64,000 nucleotides of DNA, taken from positions 1-64,000 of the forward strand of contig NIVC01002546.1 of the NCBI GenBank assembly GCA_002269645.1, read 5' to 3'. Positions within the stretch are counted from its first letter, which is position 1; every line of letters begins with the position of its first letter. The notes beneath the pieces are model-generated. The model was given only the letters and a program-made list of their open reading frames with translations. It did not search any database and was not told the DNA's origin. A program made the position numbers and the translations under genes. This DNA comes from Macrostomum lignano (lineage: Eukaryota). This document shows, piece after piece, positions 38,801-51,836 of the stretch.

Positions 38801-41800
38801 ACAATGAGAACTTCGCTGTGTGCGCAGGCTAAATGAAGAGCTGTCATGTCTTCGTTGTCGGTTATCTGTGACGCGAGGGAAATATAAAAGTTCAAGTCAC
38901 ATATGAGAAAAAGTCTATAGGAGATTGCCTGCAAAATATTATCAAGATTAGGATGTGGTTCGTACAATGATATCTACGTTCTAAAGCATTAAACGTGTGA
39001 CGTCCAAGGTCACAGGTGTGGTCCAAGCTAAGTAGAAAAAACCTGTTTGACAAGCAGTAAAAACGAAAGTATAATTCACTTTTGGGCATTTTGAGATGTT
39101 AACAACCGACCCGACCAAACCGCTACTTAGAACTGTCGACCAGAAGCCAGGGAGGGAGCCCGAGAGAGGGACCCGAATGCAGTCCGAAGCTTTACCCCCG
39201 GGTTCGATTTCATCGTCGCTTTATTTGACGCCGTGGAAAAGGTCGATGAGATCTTATAGTCAACTAAGATTTTGTCATTGTACTCAGTGTGCTAGGTAAT
39301 TTTTACAGTTCCTGGGGGAAACTCCGGAAAAAAACTATGGGAAGATTTGGTCGCATAGGAAACGCGCTCACCCTCCAGATGGGCACTCGAGTGCTGTAGA
39401 CGCATTCCACCCTGTCGGCGCTGATCACTCGTCCTTTCTGTCGCATCGACTCAAAGTGCAGTAGGCACCTGCTGGCCACGAGGTTGCCCTTCATAGCGGC
39501 GTAGTGCAAAGGTGTGCAACCGTAGAAATCTTTTTGAGTAAAATCGGCTCCATGTCTCAGCAGGATGTAGACCGCGTCCCGTTCGTCCTACGATGAAAAG
39601 TAGGGCCCAGCTAGATACAGCAACAGTTTGGCAAAGTTTCACATTAACTTAAAAATGATCCGTGCATTAACTTTATTACCGACTTTATCAAAGGCTGACA
39701 CCGAAGCTTAAACAGCAAAATCAGTTTTTGATCATGAAAAGCACCATTTTTTGGATTTTATCGTGCACCTAATCATAATGCTGTTAAACTTTTCCACTAA
39801 TTTTTAACGCGTTCCTTTGCAACTAAGAGTGCAATATCCTAAAAGTAGCCATAGCCGTTAGTGTTATCATGTTGAGAGATACCATGCAATATCAAGACAA
39901 TAGATAGTTTATTCATTTCAATACCGCAAATTTAAGATAAGCATATTTAAACAAAGTTGCTCGAGGCAGTGTGATTATGTATTACTGCAGTTACCATGCG
40001 TCAGGCGAATTTTTGTTTACTTTACTTCCATGTTTCGAATACACACGAAACATAGAAGCCGGAGGATGAGCATCACTACGGCTCGTATAGCGCATGAATG
40101 ACTTCACAGTTATGAAACATTCGCTACACTGGGATCAGAGCACTTACATCGCTTTCGGAATCGTATTCGGCGTTCGATTCCAAAACTGCTAAATACTGCC
40201 AAATGGAACAGTAGATGTTTGCAAAGGTAATTGAATATTATGGATAGTGTGGAAGAGAAGCTAGCAAGGAAGGTTTTTTACATGTAGTAGCAGGTCATCG
40301 GGCATTGTAATCAGGCAACATGTTGATGTATATATGCGTTATGCGTTATGCGTTATACATCCATTCACATATATTGTATCTATCGGTCTTGTCTTTCTGT
40401 CTACGTGTCTTATGTCTGTCTGTCTGTCTTTGAATCTTTTCGATTAGAGACAGGGGCTGTGTGCACTCAGGTGCACTTTAAGCGACATTGTCACATAACC
40501 GGCGAGAGGCATTGCTGCCCATTCTGCCGACTCCCCTGAGCAGGCACACAAGCGCGCGGATACGTACGCAGTCATACGCACAGGCACACACTCACACAGG
40601 AGTGTACAGCGGCCCTAACTTGATTAATCGTTAGGCATGTACACCTCACTGTGCCTTGGGGGGTTGGCTCTCAAGGCTGTTAATTGCACGAGAAGAGCCA
40701 AGCCAAGATTCCAATTTAGCCTCAAATTAATGTGACTGCACTTGGAATCGAACCTGGGCTGCTGGCACACCAGAGCGCCGCGCTGGACCACTGTACTACG
40801 GCCCTCGTCTTAGGTTTGGATCTGTCGGTCTCTCTGTCTTATTATCTTAAAGTGTCTGTCTGTCTGTGTGTCTTTAAGTCTGTCGGTCGCTCTGCTTTAT
40901 TATCTTAGTGTCTCTCTGCCATATGCCTGTATATCAGTAAATTAACGACAGCTATTACATAAAGTAACATCTAGGAAAAACTTTAAAGGAAAATCGGTAA
41001 AGAATATAATTCACGTTCAGATCAAGTCAATTAACGATGGATTATAAGTGCATCGTATCGACTTTTGAGGAAACAAAAGACATCAAGCAGTGAAATCGGG
41101 TTCAACCAAAACAGAAGACATCGACTCAGCTTACCTGCGGCTTCAACGCAAGACTCTCCGACTCGTCTTCATTCTTCTAAAACGACAAGGTAAGGAGAGT
41201 AGGCTTTGTAAGCTTTAAAAAGCAGCAGTTCAACATTGTACAAAGCGACTGCGTGAACAAAAAACTATAGAATTAAAAATATGTGATAAACTGCAAGTAC
41301 TTTGCCTATCAGCAAAGCGGGGGCACAAGTCGAACGCATTAAAGTTTACAACTCAAGGGATTCGTAAGCAACAATAATTGTTAATCATACAAACAACAAC
41401 AAAAACTTTATAAAACGGTATTTTAGGTCTAAACTGGACTGTATTTTGTATTGCTTGTATTTTTTTCAACTGCTGAACATTGGACCTTGTTCTGCTCACG
41501 GATTCAAATAGTTAGGATGGGCTAAATAAAGAATCAATTTAGTTATTTTAGTATCAATACATTGCAGCAGAGCCAGTCAAAAGCCGGTTACATTTTAGTT
41601 GATCGTCACAAAAGGTCATCGCGGTATAACAAAAAACGTCCAAACAACTACAACAAAAGCTTACAGGTAGACATAGCATAAAATTGTAAATTGACTTTAT
41701 ACCAGTTTTGCATTGGTCGATGCCTCAGCCTGTCTCGTACGCTGTTGAGTGTGAAGTTTTTGTTTTAATGATGAACCAAATATTTAACCTTCAATTAACA

Positions 41801-44800
41801 AGTAAAATAGTTAAAGTAAAGTTCTTTCTGTGCATTTGCCTGTAGGTTGTACGTTTTCTTAGAGTTGAAGCACAGTAATTAAAATTTGAAGGTTGATTGA
41901 CAGTTTTCACAACAGTACATTAAGAGAAGCACATCGAATATAGTTACACCTTAGTATGTAGAGTTAACAGAGTTATTAATTTTTATACTGCAAGATAATT
42001 CAAATTTGATTCAGATACCTCATCATCCCTGTCAATTGACGTCTGTTAAAGTTTTGTACAGTTTTCTCGTGTCCAAAAAAACTTTCAAATTGTTATAGAT
42101 ACGTAAAAAAGTCGAAGAATGAATGAATAGATAGTGAAAAGCACCCAAGAAAAGGCAACAAATTTATTACGAGCTAAATATCCTTCTATTGACTGTGGAA
42201 ATTTATCCGACAAATTTTATATAACGATGACCCAAACCCATTCATGTATATAGGCCAATTGCTGGCTTTTAGTATTTTTCTGGGGTCTGTCATCATTTCC
42301 CTCATCGGGTCTGTCATCGGGTCTCTCATCGGGTCCATAATCGGGTCCATTTCCCAAGGGTCCATCATCGGGTGCATCATCGGTTCTCTCATCGGGTCTC
42401 TCATCGGGTCTCTCATCGGGTCTCTCATCGGGTCTCTCATCGGGTCTCTCATCGGGTCTGTCATCGGGTCTCTCATCGGGTCTCTCATCGGGTCTCTCAT
42501 CGGGTTTCTCATCGGGTCTCTCATCGGGTCTCTCATCGGGTCTCTCATCGGGTCTCTCATCGGTCTCTCATCGGGTCTCTCATCGGGTCTCTCATCGGGT
42601 CTCTCATCGGGTCTCTCATCGGGTCTCTCATCGGTCTCTCATCGGGTCTGTCATCGGTTCTCTCATCGGTTCTCTCATCGGTTTTCTCATCGGGTCTCTC
42701 ATCGGTCTCTCATCGGGTCTGTCATCGGGTCTCTCATCGGTATCTCATCGGTTCTCTCATCGGGTCCATCATCGGGTCCATCATCGGGTCTCTCATCGGG
42801 ACTCTCATCGGGTCTCTCATCGGGACTCTCATCGGGTCTCTCATTGGTCTCTCATCGGGTCTCTCATCGGGTCTCTCATCGGGTCTCTCATCGGTTCTCT
42901 CATCGGGTCCATCATGGGGTCCATCATCGGGTCTCTCATAGGGTCTCTCATCGGTTCTCTCATCGGTTCTCTCATCGGGTCTCTCATCGGTTCTCTCATC
43001 GGGTCTCTCATCGGGTCTCTCATCGGGTCTCTCATCGGGTCTCTCATCGGTTCTCTCATCGGGTCCATCATGGGGTCCATCATCGGGTCTCTCATAGGGT
43101 CTCTCATCGGTTCTCTCATTGGTCTCTCATCGGGTCTCTCATCGGGTCTCTCATCGGGTCTCTCATCGGTTCCATCATCGGGTCCATCATCGGGTCTCTC
43201 ATCGGGTCCATCATGGGGTCCATCATCGGGTCTCTCATCGGTTCTCTCATCGGTCTCTCATCGGGTCTCTCATCGGGTCCATCATCGGGTCTCTCATAGG
43301 GTCTTTCAACGAATATCAAGGCCTCTAGTTGAAATTCTTAATATCATTAATTGTTGAAAATTCAAATCTAGATAGAGAAAAGAAATCCAAGATGAAATCC
43401 GACTCAAAAACAGGTCAGTAGGAGAGGAAAAAAGCTTCAATTTCATCCAAGCATTTCTCACAGCTGTGCGAGCTCTGCCTCGCAGTGACACGTTATGAAT
43501 GGGCGGCAAATTTGTAAAAGCTCCGCCTTTACCGGCGGTGCCAATGTCAGCGGCGGCTGTCACAGCGTCTGCACTTCCAGATTGCTTCAGTTTCTATTTA
43601 TTTTATTAGGCGAAATAATTGAAGTAAATTTAATGTCATTTGGTAGTCTTTCCCTAGTTATATTGATCTCCTGTGACGCGTTATAGCTAGAATCGAGAAA
43701 AGTGACACAATGGGTTGTATGCAGAAAGCTCTGTCTAGGGTAGTCCGGTCTTGAAAAGCTAGTCTGGACTTGGATTTGGTATGCGGAAACACAAAGGGCC
43801 GTATGCAGAAAGCTCTGTCTAGGGTAGTCCGGTCTTGAAAAGCTAGTCTGGACTTGGATTTGGTATGCGGAAACACAAAGGGCCGTATGCAGAAAGCTCT
43901 GTCTAGGGTAGTCCGGTCTTGAAAAGCTAGTCTGGACTTGGATTTGGTATGCGGAAACACAAAGGGCCGTATGCAGAAAGCTCTGTCTAGGGTAGTCCGG
44001 TCTTGAAAAGCTAGTCTGGACTTGGATTTGGTATGCGGAAACACAAAGGGCCGTATGCAGAAAGCTCTGTCTAGGGTAGTCCGGTCTTGAAAAGCTAGTC
44101 TGGACTTGAATTTGGTATGCAGAAACACAAAGTTAGGCCGGTCTACTATAGACACAACTAAGGTAGCTGGACCATAGACCATAGACTGAACTACCTTGTC
44201 AAGTGTGCCGTGTAGTGATTGGCTGGGACTTGAGATATCTGTTCGCTCTAACTCTCCATCATATGCCCTACCCACACAGTCAGCATCCCAAGCTAGTTAG
44301 TTGACATCAAAGGCAACAAAATACACCGCGCCTCCTTCTTTGTTAGTTTCTAGGTGAACGAAAGGCCGATTGCGTTTGGATTCAACGAGACACTTATGCG
44401 CCTATTAGTGCATATTCTTTACTGTCAAAAAGTTCACTACTGGTTGGCATAGCTAGTCCTACTCAGTAGCAGCGCTCTTAGCGTGAGCAGACTGATTTTT
44501 TGATTGCCAACATTCTCTGCTAATGTCAGAGTTTTCCCAGTAAGCAAATGGAGAAGAGACAGGGGCAGTTGAGCGAGGGTGAGGGCGAGAGCGAGAGCGA
44601 GAGGGGGAGACAGCTCGCAATATTATTAAGCTTCTGCTGCTGCAGGCTCTAAAACCTCACGAGGGTTGCTATGGAAACAGCAAGGTACACACAGCTGGAA
44701 TTGGGAATAGAAAATACCAAACGGTGGACATTGCTTGCTGCTGGGGCCAGGTTTCCGGAGGTTTGGCATTTCATTGTTTAGACAGCCAGTGCTTTAGCGT

Positions 44801-47530
44801 GCATCTCAATGCTGCTCAAATATTGCAAACTTTATTGCTTTTGGCGAGTCCTTGTTGTACTTATAGTTGTAAATCACCGTTTACACTAATAATGACAGCT
44901 AGATAAAACCGGCAGGTCACCAGAAGTAGTCTGCGAAGTCAATAAAAGTTCCAGGGAGCAGGCGAGACTCAAGGAAAGTAGCAACCTTGAGTAGACAGTG
45001 GTGAACGTAACTCTATTGTGGACAGTCAGTGATAACTCTAGGATAGACAGTCGTAACTCTAGGGTAGACAGTGGTAACTCTGGGGTAGACAGTCGTAACT
45101 CTGGGGTAGACAGTCGTAACTCTAGGGTAGACAGTGGTAACTCTGGGGTAGACAGTCGTAACTCTGGGGTAGACAGTCGTAACTCTGGGGTAGACAGAGC
45201 ATTGGTAACTCTAGGGTAGACGGTGGTAACTCTAGGGTAGACAGTGCAGTGGTAACTCTAGGGTAGACAGTGGAGTAGTAACTCTAGGGTAGACAGTGGT
45301 AACTCTAGGGTAGACAGTCGTAACTCTAGGGTAGACAGTGGTAACTCTAGGGTAGACAGTGCAATGGTAACTCTAGGGCAGAGAGTTGTAACTCTAGGGT
45401 AGACAGTGCAAGGGTAACTCTAGGGTAGACAGTGGTAACTCTAGGGTAGACAGTGCAATGGTAACTCTAGGGCAGAGAGTTGTAACTCTAGGGTAGACAG
45501 TGCAAGGGTAACTCTAGGGTAGACAGTGGTAACTCTAGGGTAGACAGTGCAGTGGTAACTCTAGGGCAGAGAGTTGTAACTCTAGGGTAGACAGTGCAAT
45601 GGTAACTCTATTCTGGACAGTCAGTGATAACCCTAGGATAGACAGTGGTAACTCTGGGGTAGACGTGGTAACTCTAGGGTAGACAGTGCAATGGTAACTC
45701 TAGGGCAGAGAGTTGTAACTCTAGGGTAGACAGTGCAGTGGTAACTCTAGGGCAGAGAGTTGTAACTCTAGGGTAGACAGTGCAGTGGTAACTCTAGGGC
45801 AGAGAGTTGTAGCTCTAGGGTAGACAGTGCAATGGTAACTCTAGGGCAGAGAGTTGTAGCTCTAGGGTAGACAGTGCAGTGGTAACTGTATTCTGGACAG
45901 TCAGTGATAACCCTAGGATAGACAGTGGTAACTCTGGGGTAGACGTGGTAACTCTAGGGTAGACAGTGCAGTGGTAACTCTAGGGTAGACAGTGCAGTGG
46001 TAACTCTAGGGTAGACAGTGCAGTGGTAACTCTAGGGTAGACAGTGGTAACTCTAGGGTAGACAGTGCAGTGGTAACTCTAGGGTAGACAGTGGTAACTC
46101 TAGGGTAGACAGTGCAGTGGTAACTCTAGGGTAGACAGTGGTAACTCTAGGGTAGACAGTGCAGTGGTAACTCTAGGGTAGACAGTGCAGTGGTAACTCT
46201 AGGGTAGACAGTGTTAACTCTAGGGTGGGGAATTGGTAATTACATGAGAGTAAACGTTGATAAATATATGAGGGTCGATAGTGGTAGCTCCTGGGTAGAT
46301 TGTTTTAATCACGTTGTAGATAAAAGCGTCGATGCAATTCATAGACCTCTAAAATGAATAAAAAACAAGAGCAAAGATCCAGAATGGTCTATTTATCAGT
46401 GGCCTTCACCAAACTCACAGTAATCGCCGCTTTGGACCGCGACCTTCGATATTTTGCAGCCAGGTGCAGCGGCGTCATCTGATCCGGCCCTTCTACGTTC
46501 ACGTCAGCGCCTCGTTTGATAAGAAGCTCGCAAACATCGCTGTGGTTGTTCCTGGCCGCATAGTGCAGCATGCTGTAGCCTTCGGAGTCGCGTTTGTCGA
46601 TCGGGATGTTCTTGCGCACCTTGATCACGCCGGTTGGGCCCGTTGGAACTGACGGACCCATCAGTTCGTCCAGGTCTTTGGTTCGGCCTTCTTTCGCTGC
46701 CTGTGTGGTTCGTCATGAGCTGGTATTGTTTTGCTGCGCCTTACTTAGCAAACATTCTAAGCCAGAACACCGACTCATGAGAATATATGGATGTAAACGT
46801 AGCTTAATAAAGGCAGCTGTCACATCTTTTTTCTCTAATAAAGACAAGAGTTTTGTATCAGAAGAAAACGTCAGGACCCTCAGATATAAAACAACTTGGA
46901 GGGCAAGAGGCGTTTTGGTGGATGCCCCAAATCGTCTTCTAGGCCGATCGATGTGACGTCCAAGAGGTAGCAGAATTTGACCTCTGTTGTCATTCATCGA
47001 GTTTGGTTGCCTCTTCATTTAGTTTTTAGAGGAGTTTAATTTTTTACCTATGCTTTTAACTCGGTCATCTTTGACGCTCTTTAACAGAAAGTTCGCGGGA
47101 CTGTGCCTTTATTGCAACTTTTTATAGTTTTCGTTAGTCAAAATTAAACTGTCTGTGCATGAAGACATTAATTTGAAAAAAGTGTTTTTACCTCAATCAT
47201 CTCCTGGAAGTTGACCACCTGGTTAACTCGCGACTTCCCAATGTTGACGCCGACGCCTTGATCGTCCGCGCCGCCGTCTTCGGTTGAGCGCAGGAATCGC
47301 ACCATCTGAACTGGCAGGTTCTCCGACAGAGCGACCTGCTGCTGCTGCTGCTGTTTCAACGGCTCAGGGACACGTCTCAAGTGCTCTGGCGATCCGTACT
47401 CCGGCGCGTTGGGTATCGCACGTCCCGGCTGGGGCCGCGCCGACGCCACCAGCTCGTTGTCATTGTCTGGCACCAACGCCTGGTTCACAGCTGCCATCGC
47501 CGGTGACACCCTGTTGTTACCAGAGCTCAT
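32842..47530 (-). CDS. TRPA1: TRPA1-like ankyrin-repeat transient receptor potential channel, ~1390 aa, 14 exons
   Basis: Exons (minus): 47530-47192, 46700-46419, 43593-43462, 41176-41135, 39587-39372, 38865-38544, 38461-37982, 37504-37059, 36793-36225, 36141-35820, 35721-35590, 34846-34373, 33562-33263, 32958-32842 (4173 nt, phases consistent). Many TPLH ankyrin repeats, HPLMLMV..R..LL.HPL...KW..YG, six TM segments, MMIGEFEY pore loop, IMNLLVGLAVDDI. Exons 3 and 4 are supported only by splice sites and frame. Confidence 0.92.
33060..33192. repeat. ~33-bp G-rich tandem repeat (GGGTGCTG.GGGGTGGGTGACTTCTAT), about 4 copies
   Basis: Visible in the last TRPA1 intron. Confidence 0.7.
33817..34168 (-). 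mobile_element. tRNA-derived SINE, family B, copy 1
   Basis: Strongly similar to 40452-40804 and, inverted, to 48351-48684. Pol III A box (CAGTGATCTGGCGCG) and B box (GGCTCGATTCC) at the 5' end. Confidence 0.8.
35022..35312 (+). mobile_element. tRNA-derived SINE, family A, copy 2
   Basis: TAGCCTAGT...GGGTTCGATTCTC head, CORE-like GCTTAACTCTGC...CTGTAAAATGGGT, tail ...GCAGGTGTAATAAA. Confidence 0.8.
40452..40804 (-). mobile_element. tRNA-derived SINE, family B, copy 2
   Basis: Minus strand GGGCCGTAGTACAGTGGTCCAGCG...GGTTCGATTCC head; body shared with the other two copies. Confidence 0.8.
42285..43300. repeat. 12-bp minisatellite (TCTCATCGGGTC)n
   Basis: About 85 tandem units with 1-bp variants, in a TRPA1 intron; explains several spurious long ORFs. 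Confidence 0.95.
43717..44136. repeat. 84-bp tandem repeat, 5 near-identical copies
   Basis: Unit GTATGCAGAAAGCTCTGTCTAGGGTAGTCCGG...AAACACAAAGGGCC starts at 43717, 43801, 43885, 43969 and 44053. Confidence 0.95.
45020..46230. repeat. 22-27 bp minisatellite (GTAGACAGT[GCAGT]GGTAACTCTAGG)n
   Basis: About 50 variant units in TRPA1 intron 2. Confidence 0.95.
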
Positions 47531-48350
47531 GCACGCTGTGCAGATGCTCCGCTGTGCTCACTCTGTTTTTATTATCTTCCCCTTAGCAATAAAACTGGGC
47601 GGGACCGGGGCCGTATTAAGTAATTTGATTCCTGCTCCCTAGCAATGTCCAACTGTGGCTGTACCTTTAGCTAGCCACTGTCTGTGCTTCTCCTGTACTT
47701 AAGCTGATGATGCCGCTCAGAGCCCTAATTTCTTCTTTTTAATATTGGATTTTGAATTCAAAGTGCGGTGACAATGGGCTAGGGTAGAGGCACTGCAGAG
47801 GCCCCAACTACAGTGTACACACCTTTCCCGTATCTGTGCGGATCAGCGTTTGCTCAGCCTTAAAGAATGAAAAAAATAGGAATGAGCGGGACGAGATTTT
47901 GGGAGACGGAGAGACGGAGAGGGTGAGAGAGGGGGAGAGAGTGAAACTGCGACCTATAAGCACTCTCTGGATCGGGAAGAGCTGAGCTGCCGGGCAAAGA
48001 TAGAATGGAAAGAGTACCCATCCGCGCTTGTCAAGCATCCTGCCTGGCTCACAGGCCGGGGTTTGTGGTACAGTTTTGTTGTCATGGCAACAACGGACAG
48101 AAGGGAGAGAGAAACTCTGAGCTTAGGGAGTGTATTGGGAGGATCAGAGGTAAGCGTTAGAAAGGAGGAGCGACCTGGAAGGCCGAGTTGGAAAATGCAT
48201 ACACTCTTGGCTCCACCCGTTTTGCAGCTAAGAATAGGCTCCAGAGGACTACAGGTAGCTCAGCTAATCTAAATACTCTACAGAACTCTTGTAAATGAAA
48301 GAAGAGTTGTTGTTGAATACTTCTTAGACTGATAAAACTAATGTTCATCA

Positions 48351-48684
48351 GGGGCAGGGACTCAGTGGTCTGGCGGGACGCTCTGATGTGCCAGCGGCCC
48401 AGGCTCGATTCCAAGTGCAGTCCACATTAATTTGAAGCTAAATTGGAATATCGGCTTGGCTCTGCTCATGGGATTAATGCGATTGAGGGCCGAGCCCCAA
48501 GGCACAGTGAAGCGTACATGCCTAACGATAAATAAAGTTAGGGCCGCTGTACACTCCTGTGTGAGTGTGTGCCTGTGCGTATGACTGCGTACGTATCCGC
48601 GCGCTTGTGCGCCTGCTCAGGGGAGTCGGTGGAATTGGTAATAACAATGTCGTTTAAAGTGCACCAGGGTGCACACAGGCCCCT
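48351..48684 (+). mobile_element. tRNA-derived SINE, family B, copy 3
   Basis: GGGACTCAGTGGTCTGGCG...GGCTCGATTCC head; ends ...AAAGTGCACCAGGGTGCACACAGGCCCC. Confidence 0.8.
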
Positions 48685-50627
48685 GATTCTACGAGTAATA
48701 ATAAAAAGCTACTGCTTATACAAATTTTTCATTTGCGTACGACGATGCATTCTGAACATTACTGTAAGTAGTGCTTTTAGAAATTACTGATTAACCATTC
48801 CCTTTCGCGCGGCACAACTTTTGCACTCCTTCACACTGCCATCATTGTACATATTCTTTTTCGTACAATCGCAGCATTTTGCGGGAACAAGCCTCTATAC
48901 ACCGCCATCAAACTTTACAGAAATATCTGGTCAGCAAAACATGACTACTGATAATAGTTATTATAGATAGTGTACGGTTTCAAGACTTTTTTATTACTTT
49001 TGCAGAAGTTTTATCGAACAAATAGTATACCACTGACGCCAAAATTGCTTGTGTCAGTTTGCACGCTCGCAACTGGCATTTTGCTCCACACTCTCAAGCT
49101 GCCGATTGCGTAACCTACGATTACTATTAGTTAGAGGGCTCAATGCGAATAAGTTCACGATACCCCTGAGTGCAGTTGTAGTTTTAGTAAACCTCAAAAC
49201 ATTTCTGCTTTCGTGGTCAACTAAAGTAGAAGTACGCTAGGCGTGCAATCCGTGCTAAAATATTTGCTTGAGACTGTTCTTGGCGAGCTAGAAAGTTTTC
49301 AGTTTGTTGTCATTGAACTAGCGATCTGCGCCCCCGATGGGAGGCAACAAAGAGAGAAGCAACTTGCTAGAATAAACTAAATCATATTTTGACCTTGTAC
49401 AATCACTGAATATTGTTAGATATTGTTAGTTTCTGAAAGAACCTGATGTGTTTAAAGCAAAAAGCATTCACCTCGAAAGCCAGCTATCTAGCCTAGGATA
49501 TCAGTATTCCAGCTTGGAGCTTTGGTATTAAATCCTCTCTTTAAGCCACGACTTAACCCTAACTCCTAATCTCGATCCTTTGATACCTGGCGCTGGATGG
49601 AGTTTCACTCAAGGGCTACTCGAGTAGAAGGAGAAACTGAATTCTTGGAAAATTTAAAAAAACTTAACGAAAAACTTTATGAATATCAATAAGTCTATAA
49701 GAAAGGCAAGGCATATCAAAAGATGAAAATTGTGTCTCCCTTCTATCAAAAGCAATAACATTTTTTGCTGGAAAATCCTCCAAGTCCAATCTCCGTAATG
49801 TATTTCTTTGGTAAAACCTGCCTTTTAAAATTTTCCAAGAACCGTACTTTTCCGTCCTTTTACTTGGGTAGTCCTTGGTTTTGCCATAGACAAATTCAGT
49901 GTGAATAAAACTGGCATCCAGCAGTTTCTCTTCATCTCACCGGACTCAGTTAAACGGGGCATAGGTTAGATAGCGGGAGAAATACCACTTTATTAGTGAA
50001 TTAGACAACACAAAGTACGCTAATTCAGCATTAATAATTGTATAATTGTTGAGCTTAGCAGCTCTCCGTGAGACTCCGGCAGGAACATTTGCACCTGAAC
50101 AAGACAACGGAGTAAGTTCTATGAATCAGAGGGAGAGCTTTAATATTCAAACATGGCAGTGTTGTGCACATGGAAACGCATATAAATTCAGTCAGTACAG
50201 TGAACTGCATGCACCCAAACTGCATGCTTTAACAATTTTGTGTGTCTACTGAACGAAATTTTAATATCACACTCAGAATGGAATTAATTTTTTTTTGTAA
50301 TTTATTCGCTGCTCGTATTTGCACTGGTATATGGCAACACAAATATCTAGTGAATTTTCTGGTAATTAAGCTTTACTGCGTAGAAAGGTGTGCAGGATGG
50401 GGCAAAATTTATGTTAGAATTAGCTTGTGGATCTGATGGTGTTTTAGATTAACTCCGGATAATATAATTCAACAAATGTATAAGACATTACATGTACAGT
50501 AAATAAGATCCAATCATACTTGAGTTCATAATCCGACTAGACGAAAACTAATCTTATTGTACAGGTAAATATTATTTTTAAAAAATATTTGACTTTCGTA
50601 ATGTCTCTCAATTCTTTTTACTGAAGT

Positions 50628-51836
50628 TTAACGTCTGCAAGACCGGAGCTGCATCTGGTAGACCGAGCTCGCGTCATCAAAGTTGCTTGCTAGCACCATC
50701 TTCCTGTCGTTCACAACAACATCGGCGGCGTCTACTGCTGCGGCTGCGGTTGGCGGCGCCGATCTGGTCGAGGCCGACTGCTCACCCCGGCGACACCAGA
50801 CCCGGCGACGGCACCGGCCGCACAAAAGTCTGGCCAAGTCGGCGCGAAAGTCGGCGGACATCAGACTGTAAATAAAGAAGTTGCAGGCGAAGTTGCAGAA
50901 CTGCAGGAACAGAAGGCCGGACCAGCCCAGCCGGACACTGTGGTACTCGGGCGTGCCCGGCTGGACGGAGCCCGGAATGCCCTTGCCGTGGTGCACAACT
51001 AGCCAGAACTTCACGGGCATCGCCAGCGGGATGAACAACAGCGGCACAGGCAGCACCATTCGCGTGGTTGGCGTGAGCAGGCGATGCTGCCGTCCAGCTG
51101 GCGAGCAGTTGCTGAGCCCGGCTGTCAGAGTTTTAAGCTGGCGACTTCTTTGGTAAAGTCTGTGCGCGATCGCCCCAGTGAAGATGACCAATAGCAGGAG
51201 GGGCAGCCCAGCGGTGAAGGTCATGTCTACGAAGGGGTGAACCGATTTAGAAATGAACGCGTCCAGACCCGAACGCGCATTCTGACAGCTCATTCGGTTC
51301 AGTTGGTGGTTCCAGACGAATTCGCGAGTCCAAAAGAAATGCACATTGAGCAGTGCAGAGACAGTTATGATAGCAACAATCACAGCGACGATTCGACGCG
51401 GCGTCAGGAGTCGCGATCGACGCAAGGGGAAACAGATGATGGTGAATCTCTCTCCGGACACCAGCACCACCATCCAGATGCTGAACATCAACGAGAAGTA
51501 GACGAGAAACTCGTGCGTCTTGCAGACACCTGTGCCCAAAGTTTGCACGTCAAAGCTGATGTAGAGCTTGGCGTGTCTCAGCCAGTGCCGCGTGATGGGG
51601 AACAGGAACACGAGCAGATCGGCGCAGGCCAGCGTCACCATGGTGATGCAGAGGACCGGCTTCCTTCGCCGTCGTTTGGTACTAGTACTGAACACAAGCA
51701 CAATTAGCAAGTTGCCTATCAGGCCAACGGCTAAGAGTGGCGGAAGCAGAACGCTCCACAAAATTGTATTCGCCTGACAATAGGCCTCGCAAACGGACGA
51801 TTCCGACTCGGAGTCGTTCGCGACTTTCAGTGACAT
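50628..51836 (-). CDS. Intronless class A (rhodopsin-family) GPCR, peptide-receptor-like (FMRFamide/orphan type)
   Basis: Seven hydrophobic segments: TM1 GLIGN, TM2 LACADL, TM3 C...ERF..ICFP, TM5 P..LL, TM7 NFACNFFIY. Likely start MSLKVANDS at 51836 (N-glycosylation sequon); alternative in-frame ATG at 51929. Confidence 0.9.
   Translation of the reverse strand: MSLKVANDSESESSVCEAYCQANTILWSVLLPPLLAVGLIGNLLIVLVFSTSTKRRRRKPVLCITMVTLACADLLVFLFPITRHWLRHAKLYISFDVQTLGTGVCKTHEFLVYFSLMFSIWMVVLVSGERFTIICFPLRRSRLLTPRRIVAVIVAIITVSALLNVHFFWTREFVWNHQLNRMSCQNARSGLDAFISKSVHPFVDMTFTAGLPLLLLVIFTGAIAHRLYQRSRQLKTLTAGLSNCSPAGRQHRLLTPTTRMVLPVPLLFIPLAMPVKFWLVVHHGKGIPGSVQPGTPEYHSVRLGWSGLLFLQFCNFACNFFIYSLMSADFRADLARLLCGRCRRRVWCRRGEQSASTRSAPPTAAAAVDAADVVVNDRKMVLASNFDDASSVYQMQLRSCRR

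Noticed and set aside
42186-43357. 351-aa and other long ORFs (SLIG/MRDP/SHRV repeats)
   Set aside because: Produced by the stop-free 12-bp minisatellite; open on both strands, and inside a TRPA1 intron.
43717-44136. CRISPR-like array (also considered for the 24-bp arrays at 9.05-10.4 kb)
   Set aside because: Units are contiguous with no unique spacers, there are no cas genes, and the context is eukaryotic.
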